Below, one piece after another: positions 14,201 to 28,783 of a stretch of 64,000 nucleotides of DNA. The notes under the pieces are model-generated. The model worked only from the letters and a program-made list of their open reading frames with translations. It did no database searches and had not been told where the DNA came from. Position numbers and translations under genes: made by a program. Source of the stretch: Octopus vulgaris (Eukaryota); assembly GCA_951406725.2 (NCBI GenBank), contig OX597839.1:36642001-36706000 (forward strand), written 5' to 3'. Position 1 is the first letter of the stretch, and the number at the start of each line of letters is the position of its first letter.

Positions 14201-16163
14201 ATGTAAATCTTAGGTAGAAAACTCATTTGGACTGAAAATGTGTGTGTGTTTTTGTAATATTTATACTTTGGTTAAGTCAGTCTGTTGCTAGTCTGCCAAG
14301 AGAAGCAAGGCTCTGACTAGTCCAAAATATGAATATTATTAATCAACACTATGATATTGGATATGCTTTCTTTAGACAGACACCAATTAAATATCCTATC
14401 TATCTATCTATCGCTCTGTCTGTCTGTCACATCATTGGTTTAACGTCTATTTTTTCATGCTTGCATGGGTCAGATGGAATTTGTTGAGGTGGAGTTTCTG
14501 TATCAGGAAGGGCATCCAGCCACTCGATTATTGCCCTAATGTTGTTCCATCCTTAAACCAGCATCATTCAATTCTAGCACCAATGTTGTTCCATCATTGA
14601 ACCATCATAACTCTGTAACTGGGCGAGTTATTTACATTATTTTAATGTCTCTGTGTGTATAGAGTAGGGGACCCTAAAAGCATATACATATGATAAGAAC
14701 CGTAAATAAGTATATATGAATTAGTCACTTTCATCAGTCTGATTAAGGTGAGTAAACAGAAAGTCTAAAGTCACTGTCAACTTTTACCTTGTAAAAATTT
14801 AATAAACATGTATTCTACTAAAAAGTATTGGTTTAAGTTGTTTATATATGTAAGTCGACATAATAAGAGACATTTATACTTACATACACAAACATTTAAT
14901 GTCCACTTGTCCATCCTTGCATGAATCAGACAAAATTTGTTGAGGCAAATTTTCTATGGCTGGATGCCCTCTCTGTTGCCAACCTTCGTTTCCAAGCAAG
15001 GAAATATTTATTCATGGTTGGACATGTTTTTGTGGAATACTGGAAATGGAGAACTCTGCTTGACTGACGGTGCTGCTTGTTTACAACTGTCATGTGATGT
15101 CTAGACAAAGGTACCCCCCCCGCCACACACACACATACAAGATGGGGTTCTTTCAGTTTTCATCTTCCAAATCCACTCACAGGGATTTGGTTGGCGTTGG
15201 GCTATGGTACAAGATGCTTGCCCAAGGTGTCAAGCTGTGAGACTGAATCCCAAACCACATGGTTAGGCACTACACAGTCACACCTATGTCTGTCTGTTTG
15301 TCCTCCCCACCTCTCTCTAATGTTAATGTCAAATTTTTCATGCTTCTTTGGGTCAGGCAACATTTGTTGATGCAAAATTTTTATGCCCAGATACTCTTCC
15401 TGTCACCAACCCTCACCTATTTTCAAACAAACATGTTTTTATCAATACCAACTATTAAATTACAAATTAAAGCTGCAGGTGGTTAGAATCCCTATGAATG
15501 TATTCAGTCTCCTCATCAGACTTTCTTTAGGGATAGTACACATGCCTCTCTTAAGGTCAAGAGTAATGTATAAGAAGTTAGCTTTTGATAAACTGGTGTG
15601 ATGTTTGTGTTTTAACCAAAGTCCCAGAAGATTCCTATCAATTTCTTTCCCAATTTATCCAAAGACTAGTCATAGCCTTTATGTCATTTGAAGTTGCCAG
15701 GCCATTATCAGTGTACAGTGCTGAGCTATAGAGGGAATATCAACTTCTTATGAGCATCCAGGATAAATAATACAGTGAGGGGGCTGCAACTACAGCCCCA
15801 TTGTAAACTCCCCATGAAGACACTGAATAACAACGCACTTTCCTTTTTGTACCAGTGGAAGTCATCACGGTACAAGAGTGACTTCCTGGTGAAATCACCG
15901 GGGTTGTGCTTATTTAGTATATCCAGCTTTTAGAAGGTTGTATTTAAAATTAGAAAAAAGATTTGTGACCTTAAGGGTAATCTCACTCCCCTCTTTTTCT
16001 TCTCACACCAAGTATCAGGATGTGAGGTCTATTTAGACTTGTTTCAGGGCCTCTCAGTGGGAAGTGACTCTGATCATGAGGACCCATCCAGTCTATGTGA
16101 GCATGGAAAACAGACATTAGATTATAATGATGATGGTAATGAGGATAATTATATATTTACATG

Positions 16164-16201
<38 letters not shown>

Positions 16202-19200
16202 AATGGTGGAAGAATTGCTAACTAACTGTACAAGAATGTATACATATGTAGGTATGTATGTGTGTGTAATATATCAACTAAAGTTGTAAATCAGATAATT
16301 CCACAGCGATTCTTCTACTTACCTCTGTTATCAAAGCCATGCGTAATTTCATGCCCAATTACGATACCGATTCCACCGTAATTCAGAGACCTACAAGATG
16401 AAATTGGTTTGTTATCAGGGAGTACAACAGTATGTAAGGGGTGCCAGAGGAAGAGAGGAATTTTAGAGAAACAAAATCATCAGAACAACTCACTTCTCAT
16501 TACATTCTATTGTTAATGTAAACTAATACAAATGCCAGGATTATCTCATTTGCCTTTCTTCACCAAAATTAATCATTATAATGATAGGCTCAGGCATGGC
16601 CGGGAGGTTTTGGAAGTTTACTTCCCAACTTCAGGGTTTCAGGTTCAGTCTCGCTGCACGGCACCTTGGCCAATTATCTTCTGTCTAGCTTTGGGTTGAG
16701 CAGAGCCTTGTAAGTGGATTTGGCAGGCAAAAACCTCGAAAGCCTATCACCATTTATTTATTTATCTGTGTGTGTATATATGTATATATATATTTTACTT
16801 GTTTCAGTCATTTGACAGTGGCTATGCTGGAGCACCGCCTTTAGTCGAGCAAATCAACCCCAGGACTTATTCTTTGTAAGCCTAGTACTTATTCTATCAG
16901 TCTCATTTGCTGAACCGCTAAGTTACGGCGGACATAAACACACCACCATCAGTTGTCAAGCGTTGTTGGGGGACAAACACATATACACATACATATGTAT
17001 ATATATATATATACATACATATACAAATACATATATACATATATATGACGGGCTTTCAGTTTCTGTTTACCAAATCCACTCACAAGGCTTTGGTCGGCCC
17101 GAGCCTATAGTAGAAGACACTTGCCCAAGGTGCCATGCAGTGGGACTGAACCCAGAACCATGTAGTTTGTAAGCAAGCTACATACCACACAGCCACTCCT
17201 ACACCTATGTTGACAAATTGTTGAAAAGTTTTACTCCTTCAAAAATATGTAAAGTAAGAGAACTTTTCCTTGAAAGACAGGTAGTTTAGAAACATGAATT
17301 GTGTCTAGCTGTAAAAACCATGCCTCAATAATATACCCATCTAACTCATGCTGGCAAGGAAAAACAGACGTAAAAATGAATAAGCAAATAATGAATGTTC
17401 TCTTCATTAAAGGTGTAATTTTAATTAATTCATGATTATGTTTAATTCCTGCTTTACTATCAAAATAATCATAAAGTTAATAGTGTTAACACAGTTAATA
17501 AAATGTTAAAAGCATATGGTGCGCCCTGGTGGCTAGTTATTGTAAGGGAGATAATCGTTTCTAGATAGATGCTGGTGGAATTAGATATTTCAATTTTAAA
17601 TCAAAGACCAAGAAAGCAGCTACAAAGAATATACATGTTTAATTTTCTTTTTCCTTCCTCTTTACAAAGATGTTAAAAATCTCTAGTCTCGGGTAATCAT
17701 GTATAACACTATTTCATTCTTATTAGAAATCATCAGCATGGTATAATCCAAAGTACCTAAATTAAAGTAAATTAAATATTTTATGAAGCAAGACATTTCT
17801 TATTATTGGAAAATAATTAGATATTCATGGAATGTATTTTTCTTTTTTCTTTTTCTTCATCGACTATTCAGCAATTGAGAGAGAAGAGAGGAGGGAAAAA
17901 CACAATATTAGTTAGCATGCTGATGTTTTCTTTTCCCTGTCATTTAATTAAGTAGCATTTAGATGCTAATTGCAATAATAAATTTAATTTTTTTTTATTT
18001 TTCATGTGGGATGGTGTTCCTGAGTGATAAACCAGAATGTTGCTATATTTTCAATATCTAAGCATTACTTACTTTGGATAGGAGTTACTGTAAAAGACAG
18101 GCTGTAGTATTCCGGCAGGAAAAACTGAAAATAAAAACAAATTTCCAAGTTAAAGAATTGCACTGGAGAAAGAATCTTAAGATTGTTTAATAGGTCAAGT
18201 CAAGATCAAGGCTACATATTTTGGGATATTTACTGTAATTTGTCAAGGTCGAATATCATAGGATAGGTGATGTTAATTGAGAGGTTAGTCGTAAATTTAA
18301 GGGCTTGACAGTGCAATTGGTTGCATGGTCAAGTTGACACATTTTAGGACATGTAGTTTAGCTACAGCTAGCATCCTGAATCAAGACAGGAAACACTTTC
18401 TTTTTCCCTCAAAGAGAGAAATTTCCGTTTTCTAGTTTTCAAGCATATTTCTCCCCCAAATGAATTCCAAAATAAAATATAGTTTTAATCTCTACTATGG
18501 TATTCAGTTCTCTTACAACAAGCAACACTAAACAAGTGTGTGTGTGTGTACATACAGACACAAAAGGAGTGGAGTTATGAAATAGAATATTAGAGAAATA
18601 AACATACTTACCAATATCATTAGTATTTGGGTTGTAATAAGCATTAATAACAGCTGGGTCTTGCAACCATCTGAAGTGTGAATAAGAACAAGGTATGTAT
18701 TGACAAGAATGGCAGATGAATGTTGTGATGTTCATGCTGGTCTGTCAGGCATTTATTAGAGAGGGAAGTGATTGAACTGCTCCCAAAAGATTTGATTATG
18801 GAAGAATTTACCTCTTTGTGTGTGTGTGTGTGTTTTGTGCTATGATTATAAGCTAGGCATTGTACTCTTTTACTCTTTTACTTGTTTCAGTCATTTGACT
18901 GCAGCCATGCTGGAGCACCGCCTTTAATCGAGCAACTCGACCCCGGGACTTATTCTTTTGTGAGCCCAGTACTTATTGAGTCAAATATAACAAACTACTC
19001 CAAATGCTTGTTGGTGTATCTGTGTAAGTGGAGTCTGGACTGGTTAGTTTGTACAGACATCAACATGTCTAAGTTGTAATAATGAAGTCAAACCAAATAG
19101 TAATATTTTGAAATTATTTAATATGTATATTTCATGTCTGTGTATCTCTTATTATAAAAGGCAGATTTTATCTGCCTCCCTTTGTAACTTATAGAAATCT

Positions 19201-22055
19201 ACAATATAGGATTTCTTCAATTACAATTTACCTAGCATTTTTAAGAGTAGAATGCATCGGGTCATGCCAGGTCCAGTTTTTAAAATTTAAACTCCAATTA
19301 AGCAAAATTTACAGAAAACTCACATTCTGGTGTGTATGTCAAATGCTTTTCTTAATGTGGTTTACACCGCACGCACACGCACACACACGGTGTGCAATGA
19401 ATAAAATGAAAGTAAATAGCGACAGAGTGATTTGAGGAAGACTAAACTGAAAGTATTTAAACCACTACTCAAAAAATAAAAAAACACAGCAAACAGAAAC
19501 AAATAAATACATAACGATTTACTCCTCACACAATTTCTTCAATTAGAGTTTACCTAAGATTTTTCAAAGTACTCCATTCGGTCATGCCATAATATATTTC
19601 TTTCAATTTCACCCCCAATTAAGACAAAATTCGAGAAAACTCAATATTTTAACATTTCACTCCGAAAGCATTGATGTACATGTGTGCGTGCGTGAGTGTG
19701 TGTATGTGTGTGTGTGTGTGTTTGATGGGTTGTGCGACACAGAAAGTGTGGTGTGTAAGTGAAGTGCTTTTGTTAGTGTGTGTAAAGAGACAGACAGAGT
19801 GAAAGACAGAAATAACTGAACTTTTTTTATTCACTTTTTGTAGTGAGTGACTGAGAGAGAAAAGAGAGAGAGAGGTTATGTATGTATATATGTATGTATG
19901 GCTTCAGTGACACACACACACACACAAAAACACATACCTACGTACACCTAAAGCACGCACACACACACACACACAAGCGGAGCGCGAACTTCAAAATTTT
20001 GGTAGTATTAATTTGCGAGCGTACTTCTAAGCGCGCGTAATTGAAAGTTTTCACTATGATATCATCACGTGCGAAAAAATTCGAAGGGTTTTGAACAATT
20101 GAGATACACATGTCACGCCTGTATTGAAACCATTGCTAAGCTGCCGTAATTGCTTAATTAAGACTTTGTTTAAATTGAAAGGGGCAAATATGTGACGAGG
20201 TTGAAAAAAAATACCCCAGATAAAAAAATGTACTGCTGGTATTTATATAATTCACTACTATTTTGCTACAATGTCATGAAAAAGAAAAAATTTAGGTATG
20301 TAAATCGAATTCGCCACCCCCTTTTCCCCGTTCGCGTTTGTGTAAAAAAAATTATTATTTAAGTTTTAAAAATTATTTACTTTGTTCAAAAAATATTAAT
20401 ATTAATTAATTTTCAAGAATTATTTAATTTTATTCTGTAAAATAGTAATTAATTCATTTATCTGTAATTCCGCGAGGTTGTTACTCAGGCACCTAGAATG
20501 GTAACCTTCAACTAACACTATCTCCTCCGAGACCCTGCGGCGCAAGTTGACCAAAATTGAGAGTATGGTAGAAGAAGGGTTGCTCTTCCTTCCGTAGAAC
20601 ATAAAATTCAAATCGGACCATGTTAACACCAAAAATTATTTACATCAAAAAGATGCTTTTTTCTATGAAAATCCCTATTTTTTACGATTTTTTCACTGCT
20701 GTGTCGCCACTTTTCGGTGTATTTCGACCAGAAAAATGTTCACAAAATTTTTACTTTTCAAAATTACAATTCCAGCGGGTCGAAACAAACCCGAGCAACG
20801 CCGGGCGATACTGCTAGTTATATATAAGAGGAAATGCATCAGTTATGCAAGACCTTCCAGACGCTTTTCCTATTAGATATTATACACACCTGAAACATAG
20901 ATGTCTCAATAATTTCAAAATATCACTGTCTGGTTTGACTTATTATTACCACTTTTATTTATCATTCAACTATGGTAGTTGTTGAATAATATTCTTAACA
21001 TAGCTTTTTTTTTTTGCATAAATATATGTTATCAGTTACACATACTCAATGTGGGTGCTTTGTTTGGTGATTTGTTGTGGTGTAGCATCTGGAGGACGAC
21101 ACCCTCATTATACTGGGTGTTAGACTATCAGGTGTTTTAACACCCAGTGTAACGAGAGATTCATCCCCCAGGCACTAAACTGCAATGAATCAGTGAACAA
21201 ACAAAACACATACACTGAATATGTGAGGTCATGATGCCGGTGTTGTGTAATTAGCATCCGTGCTAGTGGCAGGGAATAAACATTTTCTGAGTGTTAGGCC
21301 TTGCAGAGGCAATTACAAATGATTGAGACCTTTGGCAATATGTGGTGCTTGAGTAGAAGACCCAAGCCAAGTGAAATTGTAGTCATGGCAGATACTGGTG
21401 GTATGTAAGAGCACTCATTACACTCTCAAAGTGGTTGGCATTAGGAAGGGTATCCGGCTGTAGAACCCATGCCAAATCAGACTGGAGTCTGGTGCAGCCC
21501 CTCAGCTTACCAGCCCTGGTCAAACCATCCAACCCATACCAGTGGATGTTAAATGATGATGATATATATATTACATAGGTGGCGAGCTGGCAGAAACGTT
21601 AGCATGCTGGGCGAAATGCGTAGCCATATTTCGTCTGTTGTTATGTTCTGAGTTCAAATTCTGCCGAGGTCGACTTTGCCTTTCATCCTTTCGGGGTTGA
21701 TAAATTAAGTAGCAGTTACACATTGGGGTCGATGTAAATGACTTATCCCTTTGTCTGTCCTTGTTTGTCCCCTCTTATGTTTAGCCCCTTGTGGGCAATA
21801 CAGAAATAGATATATATATTACGTAAGGTAATGAGTGAAAAAAAAGGCAAAACAAGAGGGATGAGTTTTGACAAAGGTTGTATTAGTTTTACCATTTGAA
21901 AGGAAAGGGACAGAGTTTTGATGTTTTGGGTGTTTTGTCTTTCATGATGAAAAATGAAAGAAAATGGTGAAAAAAGAGGGAAAATGGGAGAAAAATAGTG
22001 GAAGAGGAAAAGTGGTGAGAAAGAAAGAAACAAACAAAAGAATGTGTGTGGAAGT

Positions 22056-22099
<44 letters not shown>

Positions 22100-22863
22100 T
22101 TCATATGTGACATTGTATATAACTGGTATCACCACCATCTCCATAAAACAAATTTATGCCATACTTCTCTCTGTCAACTGGTTCCCGCAATTCTTTGATT
22201 TGGTTGTGAGACTTGTATCTTTTGATCTGGTGGACACTGCGAAAGTAGCTGTCAGGGTCCACTTCCAGCTGAAGAATAAAAGATCAGTTCAAGGGGGGTC
22301 ACTAATAAAATAATAGTTTAAAGGGCCACAAATAAATATTAGTTTATGGGGATTGCCAATAAAATATTAGTTCAAGGGGTCACCAATAAAATTTTAGTTG
22401 AAGGTGATGACTGCAAAATTTTAATTTGAGTGGTTACTAATAAATATTAGTCCAAGAGATAACCAGTGGAATTTTAGTCCAAGGGGTTACCTTTTTAATA
22501 CAGCTGTTCTCTTTTCTTTAATGGCATGTCACTTCTTGAGAGTTATTGGGTCTTGAGATTATCTCCCCTTGTGATTCAGAGTTGGTCACAATTGTCAAAA
22601 GGTATTTGCATACTCTTTACTTTTCTCTTAAAGGGGAGATAATTGCAGTATGTTAAGAATTTATGTTGTATCTGACTGTCTCTCTTCTACTCTCTCTCTC
22701 TCTCTCTCTCTTTCTGTCACTACATCCTATACCAGAAACAGCTGTAAAGCTAATCAAGTTCATGATGTAATTTCCTGTTCTTTTGTCATTTATTTAATTT
22801 CCATATATTTATATGTAGTGTAATGACCATTGTTCATCTCTCTCTCTCTCTCTCTCTCTCTCT

Positions 22864-22904
<41 letters not shown>

Positions 22905-24122
22905 TAGAAATGAGGTAATCAGAAGATTGGATGGTTCATATTTATAGATATTTATTTATATATTACATTTTTTACATATATATATCATATCATTCAGATT
23001 ATTAGCGCTTTCTCCCATTCTAGTGGGGTTTTCAAATCAAATTAATTCCTTTGTGGGGAATTTAATCATTTTATAGAGTTTCGTAGTTGTGGATATATAT
23101 ATATATTCCTCATGGGGGCAAATTGGTCAAGCTCCCTTCAAGTGTTGGGCTTCATGGAGGCAATGACCAAGACCTTTGGCATTATGTTGTGCTTGAGAAG
23201 AAGACCCATCAAACTGAGCAAAATCGCAGTCATGGCAGATACCAGTGCCACACAAATGGCACCTCTGCTGGTGGCACATAAAAGCACCCAGTACACTCTC
23301 AGAGTGGTTGGCATCAGGAAGGGCATCCAGCCATAGAAAACCATGCCAAATCAGACTGGATCCTGGCACAGCCTTCTAGCATGCCAGCCCAATCAAACCA
23401 TCCAACCCGTACCATCATGGACAACAGATGTTAAAGGATGATGATGATGATATATGTATGTATATATTCATTTGTTTCTACATTAGCAATCTGCTAAATC
23501 ATCCGTAGATTTTTATGGTGAATATATATACTCTGATAGGTGAGCTGGCCTTACTGAAGACAGCTATGGCAATAGCTGAGACTGATCGGTCAATCTGAGG
23601 AATTCTTGGTTTGGTGTCCAGGGCGACTGCAGCTTCTATCAGAGTACATGTTATGTGCTTTGTAATAGCATTGCAGCATTTTAGCTCCTATTTCTAGCAA
23701 TGTGGGTGTTATTCACACCCTTAGTCAAGGTTAATTGATGACTATAATTTTCCTTTACGGTATAATGTTGCAAACAACTGTTTTTATTAATTTATATATA
23801 TATATATATATATCACGTGATCACGTGACCGACCAGACCATCAGATGTTGTTACACATCGATGGTCACAATGCGTTCGCATTGTTTTAGCCTTCGAATGA
23901 CGCCACCCTGCTGGCTAAGCGAGCAGGCCAACAGAAGAAAGAGTGAGAGAAAGTTGTGGTGAAAGAGTACAGCAGGGATCACCACCCCCTGCCGGAGCCT
24001 CGTGGAGCTTTTAGGTGTTTTCACTCAATAAACACTCACAACGCCCGGTCTGGGAATCGAAACCGCGATCCTACGACCGCGAGTTCGCTGCCCTAACCAC
24101 TAGGCTATTGCGCCTCCACATA

Positions 24123-24153
<31 letters not shown>

Positions 24154-24625
24154 ATATATATATATATGTATACACATATACATACACACATGCATTATTA
24201 CATGCAATACTAAACCAAAATGTATTTGTCTTTTGCAAATGTAGAAATCTCACCATTTCATAGAATTTGTCCAACTTTGACTTTTTTAATATAAATTCTG
24301 GATATCCAATCATTCCAATCATGGCATTTGCCTAGGAAGAAAAAAAAAACAGGACATATAACAGAATGTTTGACATGTCAGATGTTGAAATGATTGCAGA
24401 GCAATGTAAAATGAAGTATTTTGCTCAACAACACAATGTACCATTCAGGCTGGGAACTGAAATCACTACCTTGCAATTGTGAGTGCAACACCATAACCAC
24501 TATGCTTTCATATGATTTCTTCCACACTGAAATCAATACTATAAGAAGAAAGTTGGAAACGACTGTTAGCCTATGGAAGTCACATGGTTAAATAAATACC
24601 TCCTGATTTTATGGTTTTATATTTA

Positions 24626-24667
<42 letters not shown>

Positions 24668-27600
24668 GTTGTGTGGTAAGCAGCTTTCTTACCAACTACA
24701 TGGTTCTAGGTTCAGTCCCACTGCGTGGCACCTTGGGCAAGTGTCTTCTACTATAGCCTCAGGCCGACCAAAACCTTGTGAGTGGATGTAGTAGACGAAA
24801 ACTGAAAGAAGCTCATCATATATATGTGTGTGTGTGTGTGTATGCTTGTGTGTCTGTGTTTGTCTGAAGCTGGTGTGTTTATGTCCCTGTAACTTAGCGG
24901 TTCGGCAAAAGGCAACCGATAGAGTAAGTACTAGGCTTACAATGAATAAGACCTAGGCTCGATTTGCTCGGCTAAAAGGTGGTGCTCCAGCATGGCCACA
25001 GTCAAATAATTGAAACAAGTAAAAGATAAGCAGAAAAAATAAACAATCAAAAAGAGGCAAGAGTCAAAGAGTTTTGATATTACCTTTATGGACAATCTTT
25101 GCCGCCCACCTCTTCTTGGTTTTTCTGCTTATCAAATATAGTCCATAATGGGAACATAACTGTTCCAATGTCCAGGAATTCCAGTTTCATTGTCAAACCA
25201 ACTCTGTTCAATAGGTCCCACTTTGATGTACCTTATTACCAAAGACACCCCTGACAATAACAACAGCAATAACACCACCCCTAATATCAACAATAAAACA
25301 GCCTCACCCTTACATTGAGTGTTTCTGAGGTGGGGGGCAAGGACTGCCATTACATGAACTCACCTTTTCCTTTGCAAATTTTCTAGTTTCTTCATCCATC
25401 CACGTGTTGTCGTCAAGGAGTTTGTTGAAGGCATTTCGAATATTTTGTATCATCTCCAGAGCCTGTGGAAAGGAATACAACAGATCAACAGATTGTTAAT
25501 TATACAGGGTCAGGCAGAATGATCTGACACATTTGTAGGTTGAATAAAAGGCAAATGAAGTAAAGAAACAAAAAAGTGTTTTTATTTTTGAAAAGTACAT
25601 ATAATGCCATTTTGTTTCTTTATGTTTTAAAAATTAAATCAGTCAAATGGGATCCATTATTGTCCACACACTGTCGAAGGCGTTCACGAAAGTTGTCAAT
25701 AACTCGGCGGGTCATTTCATGTGGAATGGCAGTAATTTCTTGACGAATTGCATCTTTAAGTTGTTCAATAGATCGAGGGCGATTAATGTATACCTTTGAC
25801 TTGAGGTATCCCCAGAGAAAAAAATCGCATGAAATGACCCGCCGAGTTATTGACAACTTTCGTGAACGCCTTCGACAGTGTGTGGACAATAATGGATCCC
25901 ATTTGACAGATTTAATTTTTAAAACATAATGAAACAAAATGGCATTATATGTACTTTTCAAAAATAAAAACACTTTTTTGTTTCTTTACTTCATTTACCT
26001 TTTATTTAACCTACAAATGTGTCAGATCATTTTGCCTGACCCTGTATATGCATGGTTTAGGTTCAGCCCCACTGCTTGGGACCTTGGACGGGTTTCTTGT
26101 ATTATAGCTCTGACCTGACCAAAATTTTGTGAGTGGATTTAGTTGACAGAAGCAAAAAGAAACCCAATATGTGTATGTGTGTGTTATATAGATGTGTGTG
26201 TGTGTGAATGTGTAGGCATGTGGTGCAGTGGTTTGGGTGTTTGACTCATGATTGTAAAGTCATGAGTTCAGTTCCTTGTGGGACATTGTGTCCTTGAGCA
26301 AGACACTTTATTTCACATTGCTCCAGTCTACTTGGCAAAAATGAGCGGTACCTGTATTTCAAACGGCCAGCCCTGTCACATTCTGTGTCACACTGAATCT
26401 CCCTGTCCCCTCTATGTTTAGCCCCTTGCGGGCAATAAAGAAATAAGAAACAGCACAACAACAAAAACAGTGATCATAATCACAGCCACAACCTGTACAT
26501 GTTTATTTATTTCTTTACTGCCCACAAGGGGCTAAACATAGAGGGGACAAGCAAGGACAGACAAACGGATTAAGTCGATTACATTGACCCCAGTGCGTAT
26601 TTGGTACTTAATTTATCGACCCCGAAAGGATGAAAGGCAAAGTCGACCTCTGCGGAATTTGAACTCACAACGTAATGACAGACGAAATACCGCTAAGCAT
26701 TTTGCCCGGTGCGCTAACGTTTCTGCCAGCTCGCCGCCTTTATTAAGTACCAGTTATGCACTGGGGTCGATGTAATTGACTTAAACCCTTTGTCTGTCCT
26801 TGTTTGTCTCCTCTATGTTTAGCTCCTTGCGGGCAATAAAGAAATAAGAAACAGCACAACGAAAACAGTGATCATAAACACAGCCACCACAGCCACAACC
26901 TGTACATGTATATTGTTACATGGTGAGAAATAGATTTAACATCTGGGTCGTTAACAGCAAAGTTTTTGTCATCACTGACAGCTGGCCTTATTATGATGGT
27001 GTCAGGTGACACCTATGAACTGCTTGGCTGTTCCAACACCTCAGCCTTGCCATCACCCATAGTAAAGCAGCCAAGTGTGCTGGCTTGCTTCAGTAGGCTC
27101 CGTTGAACCTTGTGCGTGACCAGTTGAAGCATTTGGTTGAATTAATGCTTTTTCTTTCTTCTTCTCTTTTTTTTCTTCTTTCTTTGCTCATGTTTGTATT
27201 TTGATTTTGGATTTGTATTTATGTGTTTTGTATTACACACACACACACACACACACATATGTGTGTGTGTGTGTGTACCGTTGGTGATTTTTTTTCCTCT
27301 GTCTTCTCTTCTCTGGATCTTTCCTTCTCCTATGTTTCCGACGAAGAGCTCTGCTCGAAACGTTAAAGCCTCCTTCTTTCCTTCTTTCCTGAGTGTCCAA
27401 TAATACTATATTTGTTCCACGTCCTTGCGTTGTTGTGTTTTTTTGTGCTTTCTTGTTTGGATTAACTATATATATATTTATACATACACATACACACACA
27501 TATTTATCATATGAAAAAATGGAAAAAACTACTCACAATGTCTTTATTTTCTTTCTTGAAATGTTCACTAACAAAAAGGGCTCCAACAGCATGACCAATT

Positions 27601-28751
27601 TCCGTGTTTATAAAGCTAACACAGCTTTCCCACAGGGTTTTCTCCTTCCTGATGCCCTGTTAGATGGAGATGTGGTGGTGGTGGTGGTGGAATTTGTCAC
27701 AGGGAAGGAGGCGTGTTGGGGTGAAGAGAGAGAGAAAAGTAGCAATAAATGAACAAAGAGAATTAAAGAGAGAGAGAGAGAGAGAGTAAATAAATGTCAC
27801 AGAGGCAGGTACGGTTGTATGGTTTAAGAAGTTAGTTTTACAACCCTGCTTGGCAATTGGTGTTGGTTTGTTTACATCCCCATAACTTAGTGGTTGATAG
27901 TGACGATGGCAGTGATTGAAGTTGTGGAGAAGTGTCTTTTATTATAACCCTCAGGCCAAACAATGACTTGTGAATTAAGTTCATAGGCAGAAACTATGTG
28001 AAAGATCATCACACACACACACACACACAGAGAAAGGTAGGAGGTATGAGATGAATATGTTTATTTATTTCACCAGTTGATATTCCATATCCTGCAGCTG
28101 TGAGATGTGAAATGTGAAAACTGAAACGTGAAATGTGGACAGGCTGCAATGGTACTTACCTCTAGAACTTTCCTATAGCGATAATCTAATAGTCGGTACT
28201 CATGTGTGAGGTGAGGACATAGTTCCTTGGTCATAATCCAAAATATGTAATTGGCTATAATTCTGAATTGGTAGAAGAAAATAGAATTAATTTAGTAATT
28301 TACAAAAGACCTCATCATGCTGCATCACACTCCATCTTATTACACTCCACATTGTTACACCGCATGACACCTCACTACACCACTGGAAGACACTCCAAAT
28401 CATTCTGCACCTTACTACACTGCACTGAATCATACTGCATCACATAACGGCCACTGCACACACTGCAGCCAATACACCACCACAACACAAATCAGAACAT
28501 ACAAGAGGGAGAGAGAGGGAGAGAGAGAGAAAGAAAGATAGTAATGTGTGCTGAGGGAGATGGAAGGAGAGGGAGGGAGGATCATGCGGAAAAAGAGTAA
28601 TATCCAGAAAGAGAGGGAGAGAGGGAAGAGGGGAGTGACATGCACAATGAGAGAGAGGGTGTAACATGCAGAGAGAGAGAGGGAGATGGAAGGAGATAGA
28701 GAGAGAGGGAGATGGAAGGAGATAGAGAGAGAGGGAGGGAGGGAGTAACAT

Positions 28752-28783
<32 letters not shown>

